NCBI GenBank assembly: GCA_944386295.1
Contig: CALXAO010000013.1
Location: 1-60,764, forward strand
Length of the DNA: 60,764 bases
Direction of reading: 5' to 3'
DNA from: an uncultured Clostridia bacterium
GTDB lineage: Bacteria > Bacillota > Clostridia > Oscillospirales > UBA644
A model generated the notes under the pieces. The model ran no database searches. It saw only the letters and a list, made by a program, of their open reading frames with translations, and was not told the origin of the DNA. Shown piece after piece: positions 1 through 10,193 of this stretch (position 1 is the first letter of the stretch; each line of letters begins with the position of its first letter). Made by a program: the position numbers and the translations under genes.

Positions 1-452
1 AATTTATACGGTAGCATACCTCAAATCCTTTTTATGCTAACAAATACCTATAAACATTCATTGAAAATAATGGAAGCATACGGTGCAGATAAAGCGGAGG
101 ATTTTTGGGAAGAAAACCTTAACAACCAAATAATCGTTTTGTGTTGAGGGCAAAGGTATAAACTCTTTGCTACAGAAAATCAAGTCTGTAAAGCCTTCAT
201 TTTTAATGTTTATTCTGCCTTGACTCCGTAACACAACAAAGTTGAAAATCGAAAATTCAAATCTTTGTAAAACTATTGTAAGAGGGTATAGATACAATTT
301 TTAAGGTACCAAAAAGGTTCCCAACTTTACAAAATCACCTTATACGGAGATATATTGAGATACTTTATGCGAAAAACCTTTATTTTAAGCTGTTTTTTGG
401 GGTATAAACGTCTACGGGAAGTTATAGAGAGAGTTCTATCTATAAAATCAAT

Positions 453-493
453 AAAAAAGAGAGTTGAGGGAAATTTCTCTCAGCTCTCTTTTC
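453..493. terminator. Hairpin flanked by A and T runs; probable intrinsic terminator
   Basis: AAAAAAGAGAGTTGAG-GGAAATTTCT-CTCAGCTCTCTTTT; stem with one G-U pair. Confidence 0.6.
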
Positions 494-517
494 TACAAAT
501 TTTTTGACAAATTTTGC

Positions 518-546
518 TTGACAAATTCACTGTAATATGTTACAAT
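518..546 (+). promoter_or_regulatory. Sigma-A promoter of the AI-2E transporter gene
   Basis: TTGACA (518-523), 17 bp spacer, TGn-TACAAT (541-546). Confidence 0.75.
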
Positions 547-572
547 AAAAAAAAATAAAAGGAATAACATTT

Positions 573-1706
573 ATGGAAAAACGACCCCTAAAATTTCAGC
601 AGATGCTGCTTTTGGTAGTTGTCGGTGTACTGCTGTTTGCAGCGGTAAACCATCTAAGTTCCATTTTGGGCGTGCTCCGGTTTCTGCTTCAGATTGTGTC
701 TCCTCTGGTGGTGGGTGCTTGTTTGGCCTTTGTGCTCAATGTTCCTATGCATTTTTTTGAGCAATGCTTTATTAAGATCCGAACCCGGTTTAAACTGAAG
801 CCACGGGAACGGCTGGGTTCGGTTCTTAGTCTGATGTTGACTCTTATCTTGACATGTCTTTTGCTTTTCTTTATTGGCAATACAATTTTGCCTCATTTGG
901 TGGATTCGGTTATCAACATTATCAACACCGTCAATACCAATTATCCTAAATTTTTGGATTGGTTGGAAGAGCAGGGCATTCCTACTGATATGATCCGGGG
1001 GTGGATTGCTGAGATTGATCTGACCAAGATTCTCAATACCTTTAAGGATAACCTTCAAAATATTCTTCAGACTGCTTTTTCAGCTGCATCTGGTCTAATG
1101 AGTGCGCTGATTTCCGGGGTGACGGCTATCTTTTTTTCTATTTATGTTTTAGCTTCCAAGAAAAAATTGGGTAGTCAGTCTCGCCGTCTTCTGTATGCCT
1201 ATGTTAAAAAGGACTGGGCGGATAAGATTTGCGAAATTGCTTCCCTGTCTGCTAAAACCTTTTCCAAATTTATTTCCGGGCAGTGTTTGGAAGCGGTTAT
1301 TCTGGGTCTTTTGTTTTATATTACTATGTGTATTTTTCGGTTCCCTTACGCCGGAGTTATCAGTTTGCTCATTGGCACTACGGCGCTGATTCCCTACATT
1401 GGTGCCTTTATCGGCTGTATTCTGGGTGCGTTACTAATTGCTCTTATTGATCCTATGAAAGCTCTGTTTTTTGTGATTCTTTTCCTTGTGCTCCAGCAGT
1501 TGGAGGGACAATTGGTTTATCCTCGTGTGGTGGGAAATTCGGTGGGACTGCCGGCGATCTGGACCTTGGCTGCGGCTTTTGTAGGGGGCGCCTTGTTTGG
1601 TCTGGCGGGAATGCTTTTCTTTATTCCTCTTTGTTCAGTACTTTATTCCCTTTTGCGCCGGAACGTGCGCGATCGGGAAAAACAGCAGCAGGAAGTTGTG
1701 GAATAA
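573..1706 (+). CDS. AI-2E family transporter
   Basis: 377 aa, many TM helices; motifs LIPYIGAFIG, QQLEGQLVYPRVVGNSVGLP, GMLFFIP. Confidence 0.9.
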   Translation: MEKRPLKFQQMLLLVVVGVLLFAAVNHLSSILGVLRFLLQIVSPLVVGACLAFVLNVPMHFFEQCFIKIRTRFKLKPRERLGSVLSLMLTLILTCLLLFFIGNTILPHLVDSVINIINTVNTNYPKFLDWLEEQGIPTDMIRGWIAEIDLTKILNTFKDNLQNILQTAFSAASGLMSALISGVTAIFFSIYVLASKKKLGSQSRRLLYAYVKKDWADKICEIASLSAKTFSKFISGQCLEAVILGLLFYITMCIFRFPYAGVISLLIGTTALIPYIGAFIGCILGALLIALIDPMKALFFVILFLVLQQLEGQLVYPRVVGNSVGLPAIWTLAAAFVGGALFGLAGMLFFIPLCSVLYSLLRRNVRDREKQQQEVVE

Positions 1707-1735
1707 AATTATATAAATTGCCATTTTAAATTTAT

Positions 1736-1766
1736 AAGAAATCTAAAAAACTTTTTTAGATTTCTT
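1736..1766. repeat. Perfect palindrome, left target-site copy of the IS (terminator-like)
   Basis: AAGAAATCTAAAAAA-C-TTTTTTAGATTTCTT. Confidence 0.85.
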
Positions 1767-2868
1767 TAGTCTGTCGAAAAAGTCCAGTTTATACTGGGCT
1801 TTTTTGCATATGGTATAATAGAAGGAAGAATCGTAAAGCAAAGAGAAAGCCGTACACAAATGGAGCTTTTCAGTGTAGAAGAATTTGTACCGGAGGAGCA
1901 TTTACTGAGGAAAATAGACAGTGCGGTAGACTGAAGATTTATTCAAGAATAGATCCGGTGGTAATATTTAAAATGGCGCTGATACCGCATTTTTATGGAT
2001 TGCCGTCACTGAGAAGAACATACGTACAGGTGGTTTTGGAGTATTTGATGCGCCACTTTTTAAGCATAGATATACCGAAAAAACAATAGAAGAAATTATT
2101 TTATTGGATATTGAGTGAAATAATTTGTAGACGGAACACATATTAAAGCAAACGCCAATTTGAAGAAAGCCGTAAAAAGAGCAGTGTCGCAGGCAGCTAA
2201 AACCTGCAGGAAGCAGTTAATGGAAGAAATGAACGAGGAGTGGAACAGACCACGGCAAGAAACCTGAGGAAAAGGGAATTTCGGAATCTGCAAGCGATTC
2301 CGAAAGCAGAATATTTCATAAAGGCAAGCACAAGAAATGCTTTGCATATATAGCACAACAGGCTGTGATAAAAAAGGATATGTAATGGATGGACGGTACC
2401 TAATTGACAGACTTGCAGAAAAAAAATCCCGAGATAAAAGCAGTAACAAAACACCGTGGATAAGAAAGAGAATAATTGATGACGGGAGAATCCCCGAAGA
2501 ACGGCTTTTTCCCTCATTATGAATATGTTTACTGTGTTCCCAAGTACTGAGTTATGCTAAAGCGTAAAAGCTATGTTTGCAAAAGTTGTCCTTCGGGAAG
2601 CATATGCACCGAAACCCAAAAATTTTAGAAAACCATTACCAAGCAGATATGGTCGGCTTCCCTTGAAACGGTAGAGGACATCAGGCATACACCCGAGTAA
2701 AAGGCTTTGTACGAACGACGAAGAGAGACCTACGAAAGAAAGGTATGCAACGCGATATCCCTCATACCGAGGCTTATTCCAAAGAACAATTCAGTTTTAT
2801 GCATTTTTTGTCAAAATAAAAATTATTACCCTGAATTTTGCTTGAAATTCAGGGTACTCGACAAACTG
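1767..2868 (+). mobile_element. Decayed, internally deleted IS1182-family element (transposase pseudogene)
   Basis: Fragments MELFSVEEFVPEEHLLRKIDSAVD, IDPVVIFKMALIPHFYGLPSLRRT, VDGTHIKANANLKK, LYERRRET; terminal IRs AGTCTGTCGA / TCGACAAACT; many stops and frameshifts. Confidence 0.85.
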
Positions 2869-2897
2869 AGGAATCTAAAAAACTTTTTTAGATTCCT
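2869..2897. repeat. Perfect palindrome, right target-site copy of the IS
   Basis: AGGAATCTAAAAAA-C-TTTTTTAGATTCCT; near-direct repeat of 1737-1765. Confidence 0.85.
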
Positions 2898-3326
2898 TGT
2901 AATTGGATTCTTATTTTTTCGTTATCTATTCCTATTAGGAAACAGCCAAAAATGTTTTTTTCTTGCCTTCGGGCTTGCTTTAAACTACTGTTTTACCAGA
3001 GACAGAAGAATTTCAGGTACATCTTGTTTCTTTTTTTTGTCGCCTCGGGGAAAATATGTCATTATGGAAACTACCAGAATTTGAACCAACTTCAGCAAAA
3101 TTATTATGTTTAGGTAGATAGTTCGTTTTCCCATCTGAATGTTGCCCTATTAAACCAGGTTTTGCAGATATTTTTTTGAGCACGGAAAACTCTTGGTTTT
3201 GCCTAAAAGATGTTTCTTTTGATGTTTTGTTGAGTGGTTATATACTGTTTTCTTTTTTTGAATGCTTTTTATTGGAGTACTGCTGTTCCAAAAAAATTGT
3301 TTGTTAAATCACCTAACCGAAGGTAG

Positions 3327-3356
3327 AAAAATCACTCAACGAACTGTTGAGTGATT
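3327..3356 (-). terminator. Intrinsic terminator after dnaC-like gene
   Basis: AATCACTCAAC-GAACT-GTTGAGTGATT followed by a T run on the minus strand, just past the stop. Confidence 0.7.
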
Positions 3357-3364
3357 AAAAGAGA

Positions 3365-4345
3365 TTAAGATTTGCTACGTCGTTCTTTCTGGGCACGGCG
3401 GAGGTCGGCGGAAGGGAAGTTCAAATTCATATAACTATAATTAAGCCGGGAGTTGACTCGGGCCGAATAAGTTTCTTCTCGTTCTGACGGGGTTAAATTT
3501 GTAGAAATGACGGTTGGCTTTTTTTTCACAATCCGGGTATTGAGAATTTCATACAGCTTGGCTTCTACAAAGGAGCTGTAAAACTCGGTCCCCAGATCAT
3601 CTAAGATCAGTAGCTCTGCCTCCAGGTATTCCGACGGCGGAAGAGAGGGATCTCCGTTTCGAAAAGTGGCAGCTTCCAAATCAGCAATCATGGTCTGAAC
3701 CGGAGCGTAAAGGACAAAGACGCCCTGCCGAATGAGTCCACAGCCAATACAGATAGACAAAAAGGTTTTCCCGCAGCCTGGTGTTCCTGAAAAAAGAAGT
3801 GAAGGTGACGCAGACGAAAAAGTTCGAACGTATTTTTTGCTGAATTCCAGCAATTTGTTCATCTGCTCCCGGCTGGAACCTTCCGGGAACAGCGTAACGT
3901 CAAATTTCCGGAAAGTGCATTCTGCAAACAAGCCATCCATACCGGAAGCCCGCAGGTATTCCTCTGCCAGTGCGCGTTTGTAGCATTCGCACAAGACTCC
4001 GTCCAAGACGCCTTCGTCTTTGCACTTTTGGCAGTGGTATACCGGTTCCAAATAATCGGCTGGACGACCAAGTGCCATAAGCAGCTCTTTTTGTCTACTT
4101 TGCAATGCCAGCGATCGGTTCTTGACAGCTTCCAATAGCTCTTCGTCCGGGTGATCCTCTAAAATTACCCGGAACAACTCTCCATGTAGGGCCTGCAATT
4201 TCCGATCAATGTCCTGATATTCCGGAGCTGCTGCCCCAATTTCTCTGCGGCGGCGATCTTCTTCAATCCGATTTTGACTTTTGTATTCGGCAAATCGGCG
4301 GTTGACGGTGGCAATGCATTCTTTTTTATTCATGATATCCTCCAA
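3365..4345 (-). CDS. DnaC/DnaI-like helicase loader ATPase
   Basis: CxxC..CxC zinc motif, Walker A GTPGCGKT, Walker B LLILDDLG, ISTNL; directly follows a DnaD-domain gene. Confidence 0.85.
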   Translation of the reverse strand: MEDIMNKKECIATVNRRFAEYKSQNRIEEDRRRREIGAAAPEYQDIDRKLQALHGELFRVILEDHPDEELLEAVKNRSLALQSRQKELLMALGRPADYLEPVYHCQKCKDEGVLDGVLCECYKRALAEEYLRASGMDGLFAECTFRKFDVTLFPEGSSREQMNKLLEFSKKYVRTFSSASPSLLFSGTPGCGKTFLSICIGCGLIRQGVFVLYAPVQTMIADLEAATFRNGDPSLPPSEYLEAELLILDDLGTEFYSSFVEAKLYEILNTRIVKKKPTVISTNLTPSEREETYSARVNSRLNYSYMNLNFPSADLRRAQKERRSKS

Positions 4346-4346
4346 A

Positions 4347-5276
4347 TCAGGAGTTTAGTTCCTTTTCCAGGATCTGCCAGTCCCATTCCTGCGCTTGGCT
4401 TTGTTCTTCCTGGACTACTGGTTTCTTTTTTCCACGTCTTTTTTTCTGAGGAAGAGGCTCTGCGGCGGCTTCCTCCGGCGTTCGAAAACCTTTGTTATAC
4501 CAGGAGGAAAGGACGGTGTCCAGGTAGGGATAGGAATATTTTCCCGTTCCCTTAACTGTGGCTTCATAGGCGGCAAAAATCATGTCAGTATCAAAGCCGT
4601 ATTCTCCAGTCCATTTTTCAAAAAGTTTCCGTTCTTCTCCTGTTAAGGCCCGTCCGTTAATACCCAGTCGGGAGGCGACCCGGTTGGCGGCTTGTTTTTT
4701 CTGTATATCCGTCTGAATTCGGGCTTCTGCATCCTCTTAGGTTTTCACTCCCTCCTCCGACCAGAGAATCCCGGTTTTTTCTATCTGCTTTAGACTCATG
4801 TTGTTTTCAGTGCCGTATTGTAGAAGCATGAGCACAACCTCCGCTGGAAGACCGCACCAGTCCACTAAAGACAGCAATAGAGAGGAATCGCTAACATTAA
4901 GAGGTTTTTTTAGAATCATTTCAGCCTTTTCATAAAGGAATTTTAACTTCTCATCCTCCCTGAGCCGTTGAGAAATGCTATCGGGGGTGTATTTAATAAA
5001 ATCTGAAGTGGTTAGTTTGGGACGCTGAAGGGAATACCGTCCTGCTGTCCAATAGAGAACTCCTCGGCGGATCCAATACTGAAAGGCTTTTTCCAACCTG
5101 TCTTCGTCAGTTTGCAGGGCTTCGCAGAGTTCAGTCTTCAAAAAAGCGGCATTGGCGTGGCGGATTAGAAGTAAAAGAAGTTTCAGTTCTGTTTCCGGTG
5201 CGTCCAAATGCCGATCTACCAGTGCGCAGGGAACGGCAAAGGTGGCTGCCGATTCAAAAAGGATGGTATTTTCCAT
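4347..5276 (-). CDS. DnaD-domain replication protein with one in-frame TAA (4737-4739)
   Basis: ORFs 4737..5363 and 4347..4583 share a frame; read-through gives ...WSEEGVKT*EDAEARIQ... and a second DnaD domain (YLDTVLSSWYNKGFRT); ATG at 5276 overlaps the smpB stop. Confidence 0.8.
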
Positions 5277-5719
5277 CAGATATTTCCTTTCTGCCGCATC
5301 CGACGTTCGGCATCCCGTTTTGCAATGGAATCCCTCTTGTCGTATAATTTTTTGCCCTTGCACAGGCCCACTTCTACCTTTACTCGAGCATCTTTGAGAT
5401 AAACCGACAGGGGAATCAGAGAATAACCGTCTTGCTTAACCAATCCTAGTAATTTCATAATTTCTTTTTTGTGCATCAGCAGTATTCGGTCTCGAAGCGG
5501 ATCCCGGTTGAATATATTTCCCTTTTCATAAGGAGAAATATGCAGCCCGTGGATAAGAAGCTGTCCATCCTTGACTGAGCAATATGCATCTTTCAAGTTT
5601 AGGCGGCCCATCCGGACCGATTTGACCTCAGTGCCGGCCAAGGAAATGCCGGCTTCGTATTTTTCCTCCACAAAGTAATCGTGAAAGGCTTTTCTGTTTT
5701 GTGCCAGAATTTTTGGCAT
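5276..5719 (-). CDS. smpB: SsrA-binding protein SmpB
   Basis: [29 protein letters not shown]. Confidence 0.97.
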   Translation of the reverse strand: MPKILAQNRKAFHDYFVEEKYEAGISLAGTEVKSVRMGRLNLKDAYCSVKDGQLLIHGLHISPYEKGNIFNRDPLRDRILLMHKKEIMKLLGLVKQDGYSLIPLSVYLKDARVKVEVGLCKGKKLYDKRDSIAKRDAERRMRQKGNI

Positions 5720-5735
5720 GGCCGCTTCCTTTCGT

Positions 5736-6893
5736 TTACTGCAATTTGCTCATAACATAATCGGCAAATTCTTGACAGGTGGCGCCGGTGTCCCGTCCAG
5801 TAATTTTAAACGCCTTTTCTTGGAACATGCATACATCCAACGCCTGTTCCAGACGGTTGGCTTCGGTCTGATATCCAATGTGGGAGAGCAGAAGCACGGA
5901 AGCTCGGAGCATGGAGCATGGATCAGCGTACTGTGCGCGTCCTTCAGTAACCATCCTGGGAGCGGAGCCGTGAATCGCTTCAAACATGGCGTATTTTTTG
6001 CCTAGGTTGGCGCTGCCCGCTGTTCCGACGCCGCCCTGGAATTCAGCGGCTTCGTCGGTAATAATGTCTCCGTACAGGTTAGGCAGAATAAAGACCTTGA
6101 AGTCGGTTCGGCGTTTGGGGTCAATAAGTTTTGCAGTCATAATGTCAATATACCACTCATTAACGGAAATTTCGGGGTAGTCTTTTGCAACATCCCGACA
6201 GATTTTCAGAAACTTTCCGTCAGTGGTTTTAATAATGTTGGCTTTAGTTACAACTTCCACTCGATCTTTACCGTTTTTTCGGGCGTAATCAAAGGCAATT
6301 CGAGCAATCCGTTCGCTGCCTTGAGTTGTGGTAACGGTGAAGTCAAAGGCAAGGTCATCTGATACATTCACACCCTTGCTTCCTACGGCATATCCTCCTT
6401 CTGTGTTTTCCCGGAAGAATGTCCAGTCGATACCCTGATCCGGGACTTTTACCGGGCGGACATTTGCAAATAAGTCCAAAGCCTTGCGCATGGCTACATT
6501 TGCGCTTTCCACGTTTGGCCATGGGTCTCCGGCGCATGGTGTGGTGGTGGGTCCTTTAAGAATTACGTGGCACTGCTTAAGTTCTTCCATTACATCGTCG
6601 GGAATAGCCTTGTTTGCTTTAACCCGATTTTCAATTGTCAGGCCGTTGATATCCCGAAATTCCACTTTGCCCGCAGCTACTGGACCGGCCAGAAGGTATT
6701 CCAGTACACGACGGGATTGAGCGGTAATAACCGGTCCGATGCCGTCTCCCCCGCAGACGCCAATAATAATTTTATTTAGGGCCGCATAATCAGTAAAATC
6801 CCCTTGAGCTTTCATCTGCTCCACCCGTTGGAGCTGTTCCCGCATTAGAGTCTCAAATTGTTTGCAGGCGGCTTGTAAATTGGTTTCATTCAT
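5736..6893 (-). CDS. Isocitrate/isopropylmalate dehydrogenase family, probably isocitrate dehydrogenase
   Basis: [35 protein letters not shown]; in operon with aconitase. Confidence 0.88.
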   Translation of the reverse strand: MNETNLQAACKQFETLMREQLQRVEQMKAQGDFTDYAALNKIIIGVCGGDGIGPVITAQSRRVLEYLLAGPVAAGKVEFRDINGLTIENRVKANKAIPDDVMEELKQCHVILKGPTTTPCAGDPWPNVESANVAMRKALDLFANVRPVKVPDQGIDWTFFRENTEGGYAVGSKGVNVSDDLAFDFTVTTTQGSERIARIAFDYARKNGKDRVEVVTKANIIKTTDGKFLKICRDVAKDYPEISVNEWYIDIMTAKLIDPKRRTDFKVFILPNLYGDIITDEAAEFQGGVGTAGSANLGKKYAMFEAIHGSAPRMVTEGRAQYADPCSMLRASVLLLSHIGYQTEANRLEQALDVCMFQEKAFKITGRDTGATCQEFADYVMSKLQ

Positions 6894-6897
6894 AGGA

Positions 6898-7302
6898 TTA
6901 CAGTCCTTTCCTTGTGTTTGTTAAAAAATATTTTTTCCAGAAGTGTAACGTTGTTCCGACGCCTAAACCTGCTGCCGGAAGCAGAAACAGTAAGCCAGGG
7001 TATGCAGGAAACAAGCAGAAAAACAGAATTCCTGCAGGAAATAGTAGCAAAGAAAATCCTCCGCTGATGCCGCAGAGAATCCGGCTTAGCCGTCGGCCCG
7101 CCGACAGCTTTACTGTAGCCAACCAAAGAATAAAATATAGTCCAAACTGGATGGTCAGCAGGGGAAAAAGTCCGAAAAGAAGTAATTCCAGCAGAGATAA
7201 AGACTGCTCGGTTGCAGCTAGGCCAATAAGACCAAATACGCCGTATCCAATCCAGCACATGGGACAAAGCCATCGAGCGGCAGCATTTAAAATCCGGTTC
7301 AC
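6898..7302 (-). CDS. Hypothetical membrane protein (about 4 TM)
   Basis: Hydrophobic 134 aa ORF; ATGA overlap with the aconitase stop; fills the gap to icd. Confidence 0.6.
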   Translation of the reverse strand: MNRILNAAARWLCPMCWIGYGVFGLIGLAATEQSLSLLELLLFGLFPLLTIQFGLYFILWLATVKLSAGRRLSRILCGISGGFSLLLFPAGILFFCLFPAYPGLLFLLPAAGLGVGTTLHFWKKYFLTNTRKGL

Positions 7303-9218
7303 TGTTCCCGGGTGGCGTTGAGCAGGCCTCCGGCCAAAAGCATTTTAATCTGTCGGTCGGAAAAGTTTGTTGCCAGGGAAAATTCAATTCCCTTGGTTTC
7401 GTTTCTCAATACCAAAGATTGTTTTTCCGTCAGCCGCTGGCGCAGTTCGGGCAAAGTTAAAGTGTCGCCTTGATCAATCTTGTCATAATCGGCTTCGTTT
7501 GCAAAAGTCAAGGGTAGAATTCCAGAATTAATCAGGTTTGCAGCGTGAATCCGAGCAAAGGATTTGGCGATAACCGCCTTAACTCCCAGATACAGGGGTA
7601 CCAGGGCTGCATGTTCCCTGCTGGATCCTTGACCGTAGTTTTGGCCGCCGATGACAAACCCTCCGCCCCATTCCTTTGCCCGAGCGGGAAATTCTTTATC
7701 GCAGACAGCAAAACAGAATTGGGACAGATAGGGAATATTGGATCGGAAAGGAAGAATTTTTGCACCTGCGGGCATAATATGGTCAGTAGTAATATTGTCT
7801 CCGACTTTTAACACTGCCCGAGCTTGCAATTCTTCCGGAAGGGCTGTGTTCAGGGGAAAGGGTTTGATGTTTGGCCCATAAACTACCGTTACATCTGTCC
7901 CGTCAGCCAGCGGGGGAATAATCATGTTGTCGTTCACGTCGAATTTTTTCGGCAGAGTTACCTTTATTTCTACATCCAAAGTCCGAGGATCAGTAAAGAC
8001 ACCAGAAAGGGCAGAGGCCACTGCTGTTTCCGGGCTGACTAAGTAAATTTGTCCGTCAGCGGTTCCGGAACGTCCCTCAAAGTTTCGATTAAATGTCCGC
8101 AGAGAAACGCCTTTGCTATTGGGGGCCTGTCCCATCCCAATACAAGGTCCGCAAGCGCATTCCAACACCCGGGCCCCGGCCGAAATAATATCGCTGAGGG
8201 CTCCGTTTTTAGCAAGCATGTCCAACACCTGCTTGGATCCGGGGGCAATAACCAGGGAAACGTCCGGGTGAACCGTTTTGCCCTGAAGAAGTTTTGCCAC
8301 TTTTAGCATATCTAACAGAGAAGAATTGGTGCAGGAGCCGATGCAGACCTGGTCAATTTTTTTTCCGGCCAAATCCGAAACAGGCTTAATGTTGTCAGGG
8401 CTGTGAGGACAGGCAGCCAGTGGTTCCAGTTGACTCAGGTCTAGATCAATGATACGATCGTATTCGGCGTCAGGATCAGCTTCCAGCGGAATAAATGCCG
8501 ATTCTCTGCCCTGGGCTGTCAAAAAAGCTGCCGTTACACTGTCAGCTGGGAAGACAGAAGTTGTTGCCCCCAGTTCCGCTCCCATGTTTGTGATAGTTGC
8601 CCGTTCGGGCACCGATAGAGAGGATATATCGCCTCCGTATTCAATAATGCAGCCTACACCGCCCTTGACCGACAAAATTTCAAGAACCTTGAGAATCACA
8701 TCCTTTGCGCTGACCATAGGACGCAGGCGTCCTTTTAAGTTGATCTTAATAACCCGGGGCATGGTCAGATAAAAGCCTCCCCCCCCCATGGCTACCGCTA
8801 CATCCAATCCGCCAGCGCCGATGGCCAACATACCAATGCCGCCGCCGGTGGGGGTGTGGGAATCGCTGCCAAGCAGTGTTTTCCCTGGGGCTCCAAAGCG
8901 CTCCAAATGTACCTGATGGCAGATTCCATTTCCAGGTCTGGAATAATACAACCCGTATTTTGCACAAGCAGTCCGGATAAACCGGTGGTCGTCAGCGTTT
9001 TCAAAACCGGTCTGCAGGGTGTTGTGATCGATATAGGCCACAGAACATTCGGTTCGTACCCGGGGAATACCAATAGCTTCAAACTGCAGATACGCCATGG
9101 TTCCTGTGGCGTCTTGGGTCAAAGTTTGGTCAATTCGGATGGAGATTTCTTCGCCTGCTTTCATTTCTCCGGAAAGCAGATGCTGTGAAATAATTTTTTG
9201 CGCAATGTTGTAACCCAT
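7299..9218 (-). CDS. Aconitate hydratase
   Basis: QDATGT, DHN, GSDSHT, IGSCTN, CGPCIG, TTDHI, GSSREHA; start taken at MGYNIAQK. Confidence 0.93.
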   Translation of the reverse strand: MGYNIAQKIISQHLLSGEMKAGEEISIRIDQTLTQDATGTMAYLQFEAIGIPRVRTECSVAYIDHNTLQTGFENADDHRFIRTACAKYGLYYSRPGNGICHQVHLERFGAPGKTLLGSDSHTPTGGGIGMLAIGAGGLDVAVAMGGGGFYLTMPRVIKINLKGRLRPMVSAKDVILKVLEILSVKGGVGCIIEYGGDISSLSVPERATITNMGAELGATTSVFPADSVTAAFLTAQGRESAFIPLEADPDAEYDRIIDLDLSQLEPLAACPHSPDNIKPVSDLAGKKIDQVCIGSCTNSSLLDMLKVAKLLQGKTVHPDVSLVIAPGSKQVLDMLAKNGALSDIISAGARVLECACGPCIGMGQAPNSKGVSLRTFNRNFEGRSGTADGQIYLVSPETAVASALSGVFTDPRTLDVEIKVTLPKKFDVNDNMIIPPLADGTDVTVVYGPNIKPFPLNTALPEELQARAVLKVGDNITTDHIMPAGAKILPFRSNIPYLSQFCFAVCDKEFPARAKEWGGGFVIGGQNYGQGSSREHAALVPLYLGVKAVIAKSFARIHAANLINSGILPLTFANEADYDKIDQGDTLTLPELRQRLTEKQSLVLRNETKGIEFSLATNFSDRQIKMLLAGGLLNATREQ

Positions 9219-9255
9219 GAAGCGTTCTCTTCCTTTTTTATTAAAATCAATATAT

Positions 9256-9284
9256 ATTATACTACATATTGAAAGATTTGTCAA
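9256..9284 (-). promoter_or_regulatory. Consensus sigma-A promoter of the aconitase operon
   Basis: TTGACA-17 bp-TATAAT on the minus strand. Confidence 0.85.
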
Positions 9285-9299
9285 GTCTACAAAAAAAAG

Positions 9300-9328
9300 T
9301 TGACAAGTCCAGAAAAGTATGATACAAT
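9300..9328 (+). promoter_or_regulatory. Divergent sigma-A promoter
   Basis: TTGACA-17 bp-TACAAT with extended TG. Confidence 0.75.
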
Positions 9329-10165
9329 GAAAAAAAGGCCGAAAAGGATGCGCTGTTTGTCTTTTTCCCCGTCTCTTTCCCGGAGATCCGGTGGGGATTG
9401 TCTCCTCTTTCCTGTGTAACTGTTGTTCCGGGTGCCCTGGATACCTTTGTCCAGTATTTAAATTCTTTGGAATTGCAGGTTCATCTGCTTACCAATTTGC
9501 TGATGACGATGGGCGCTGTTTCTACCCAAAAACGGGCAGATGATATCAACCCTGGCTCGAGATGAACCCGTCATAATGATTATTTTCCATGACGAGAATA
9601 CAGGAAATGAACTTCTTCCCCTGTTAAATTTTGTTTTATTTCGGCCTAAAATTGGGAGCAACTACGATTTTAAACGCGGAGGCGTTTCAATGCAACCCGG
9701 TGACTTTCTACGGTTAGGGCGCCTGTTTGAAAAACAATTATAATGATCAAATATTCCGTTCCTTTTTTCTGAAAGATTCTTTTCCGGAGCATCGTCCTTT
9801 GCGTTCCTGGAACGTTCTTCGGCTGAGGACGGCTCAAGGGGTATCCCTTAAATTATGCTATGCTGGCCAGTACGAAATTTCAGCCTCGGACCGAAGTTCC
9901 CATGTTGTTTTTTGGGAAGATCGCGAGCGGTATAATGATTGCACAAAGGTGGCCCAGTTTATGGTACATATGGATCAACAGGGCGTTTTTTTGCAGGTGA
10001 CCGGGCTAATTTTGGGTCACTATTTTACCGATCAATTCTCTGCAGATATGGGAAAATATCAAATTTTGGTAGTTCTGTGTGATGATTTTTGGCCATGAGG
10101 AAGGGCGTACAATCTTTCCGATTGGTTTTTTTCGTGGTAATGGATTCGGAATGCAATCAACTCGA
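9327..10165 (+). pseudogene. S66 LD-carboxypeptidase/MccF-like pseudogene
   Basis: Pieces across frames: RADDIN/TLARDE, GNELLPLLNF..RPKI, VFWED, QQGVFLQVTGLILGHY, DDF/GHEEGRTIFPIG; boundaries approximate. Confidence 0.7.
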
Positions 10166-10193
10166 TATAATGTTTGATAAAGGAGATACTCTG

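Noticed and set aside
1-300. Possible transposase remnant (GRINIKNEGF on the minus strand)
   Set aside because: Only one short degenerate motif, no terminal repeats, and truncated by the window edge.
2900-3320. AT-rich spacer considered as ncRNA or tmRNA because smpB is nearby
   Set aside because: No tRNA-like ends, tag reading frame or convincing structure.
3365-4345. IstB of an IS21 element
   Set aside because: No istA or inverted repeats; the zinc motif and dnaD linkage fit a chromosomal loader.
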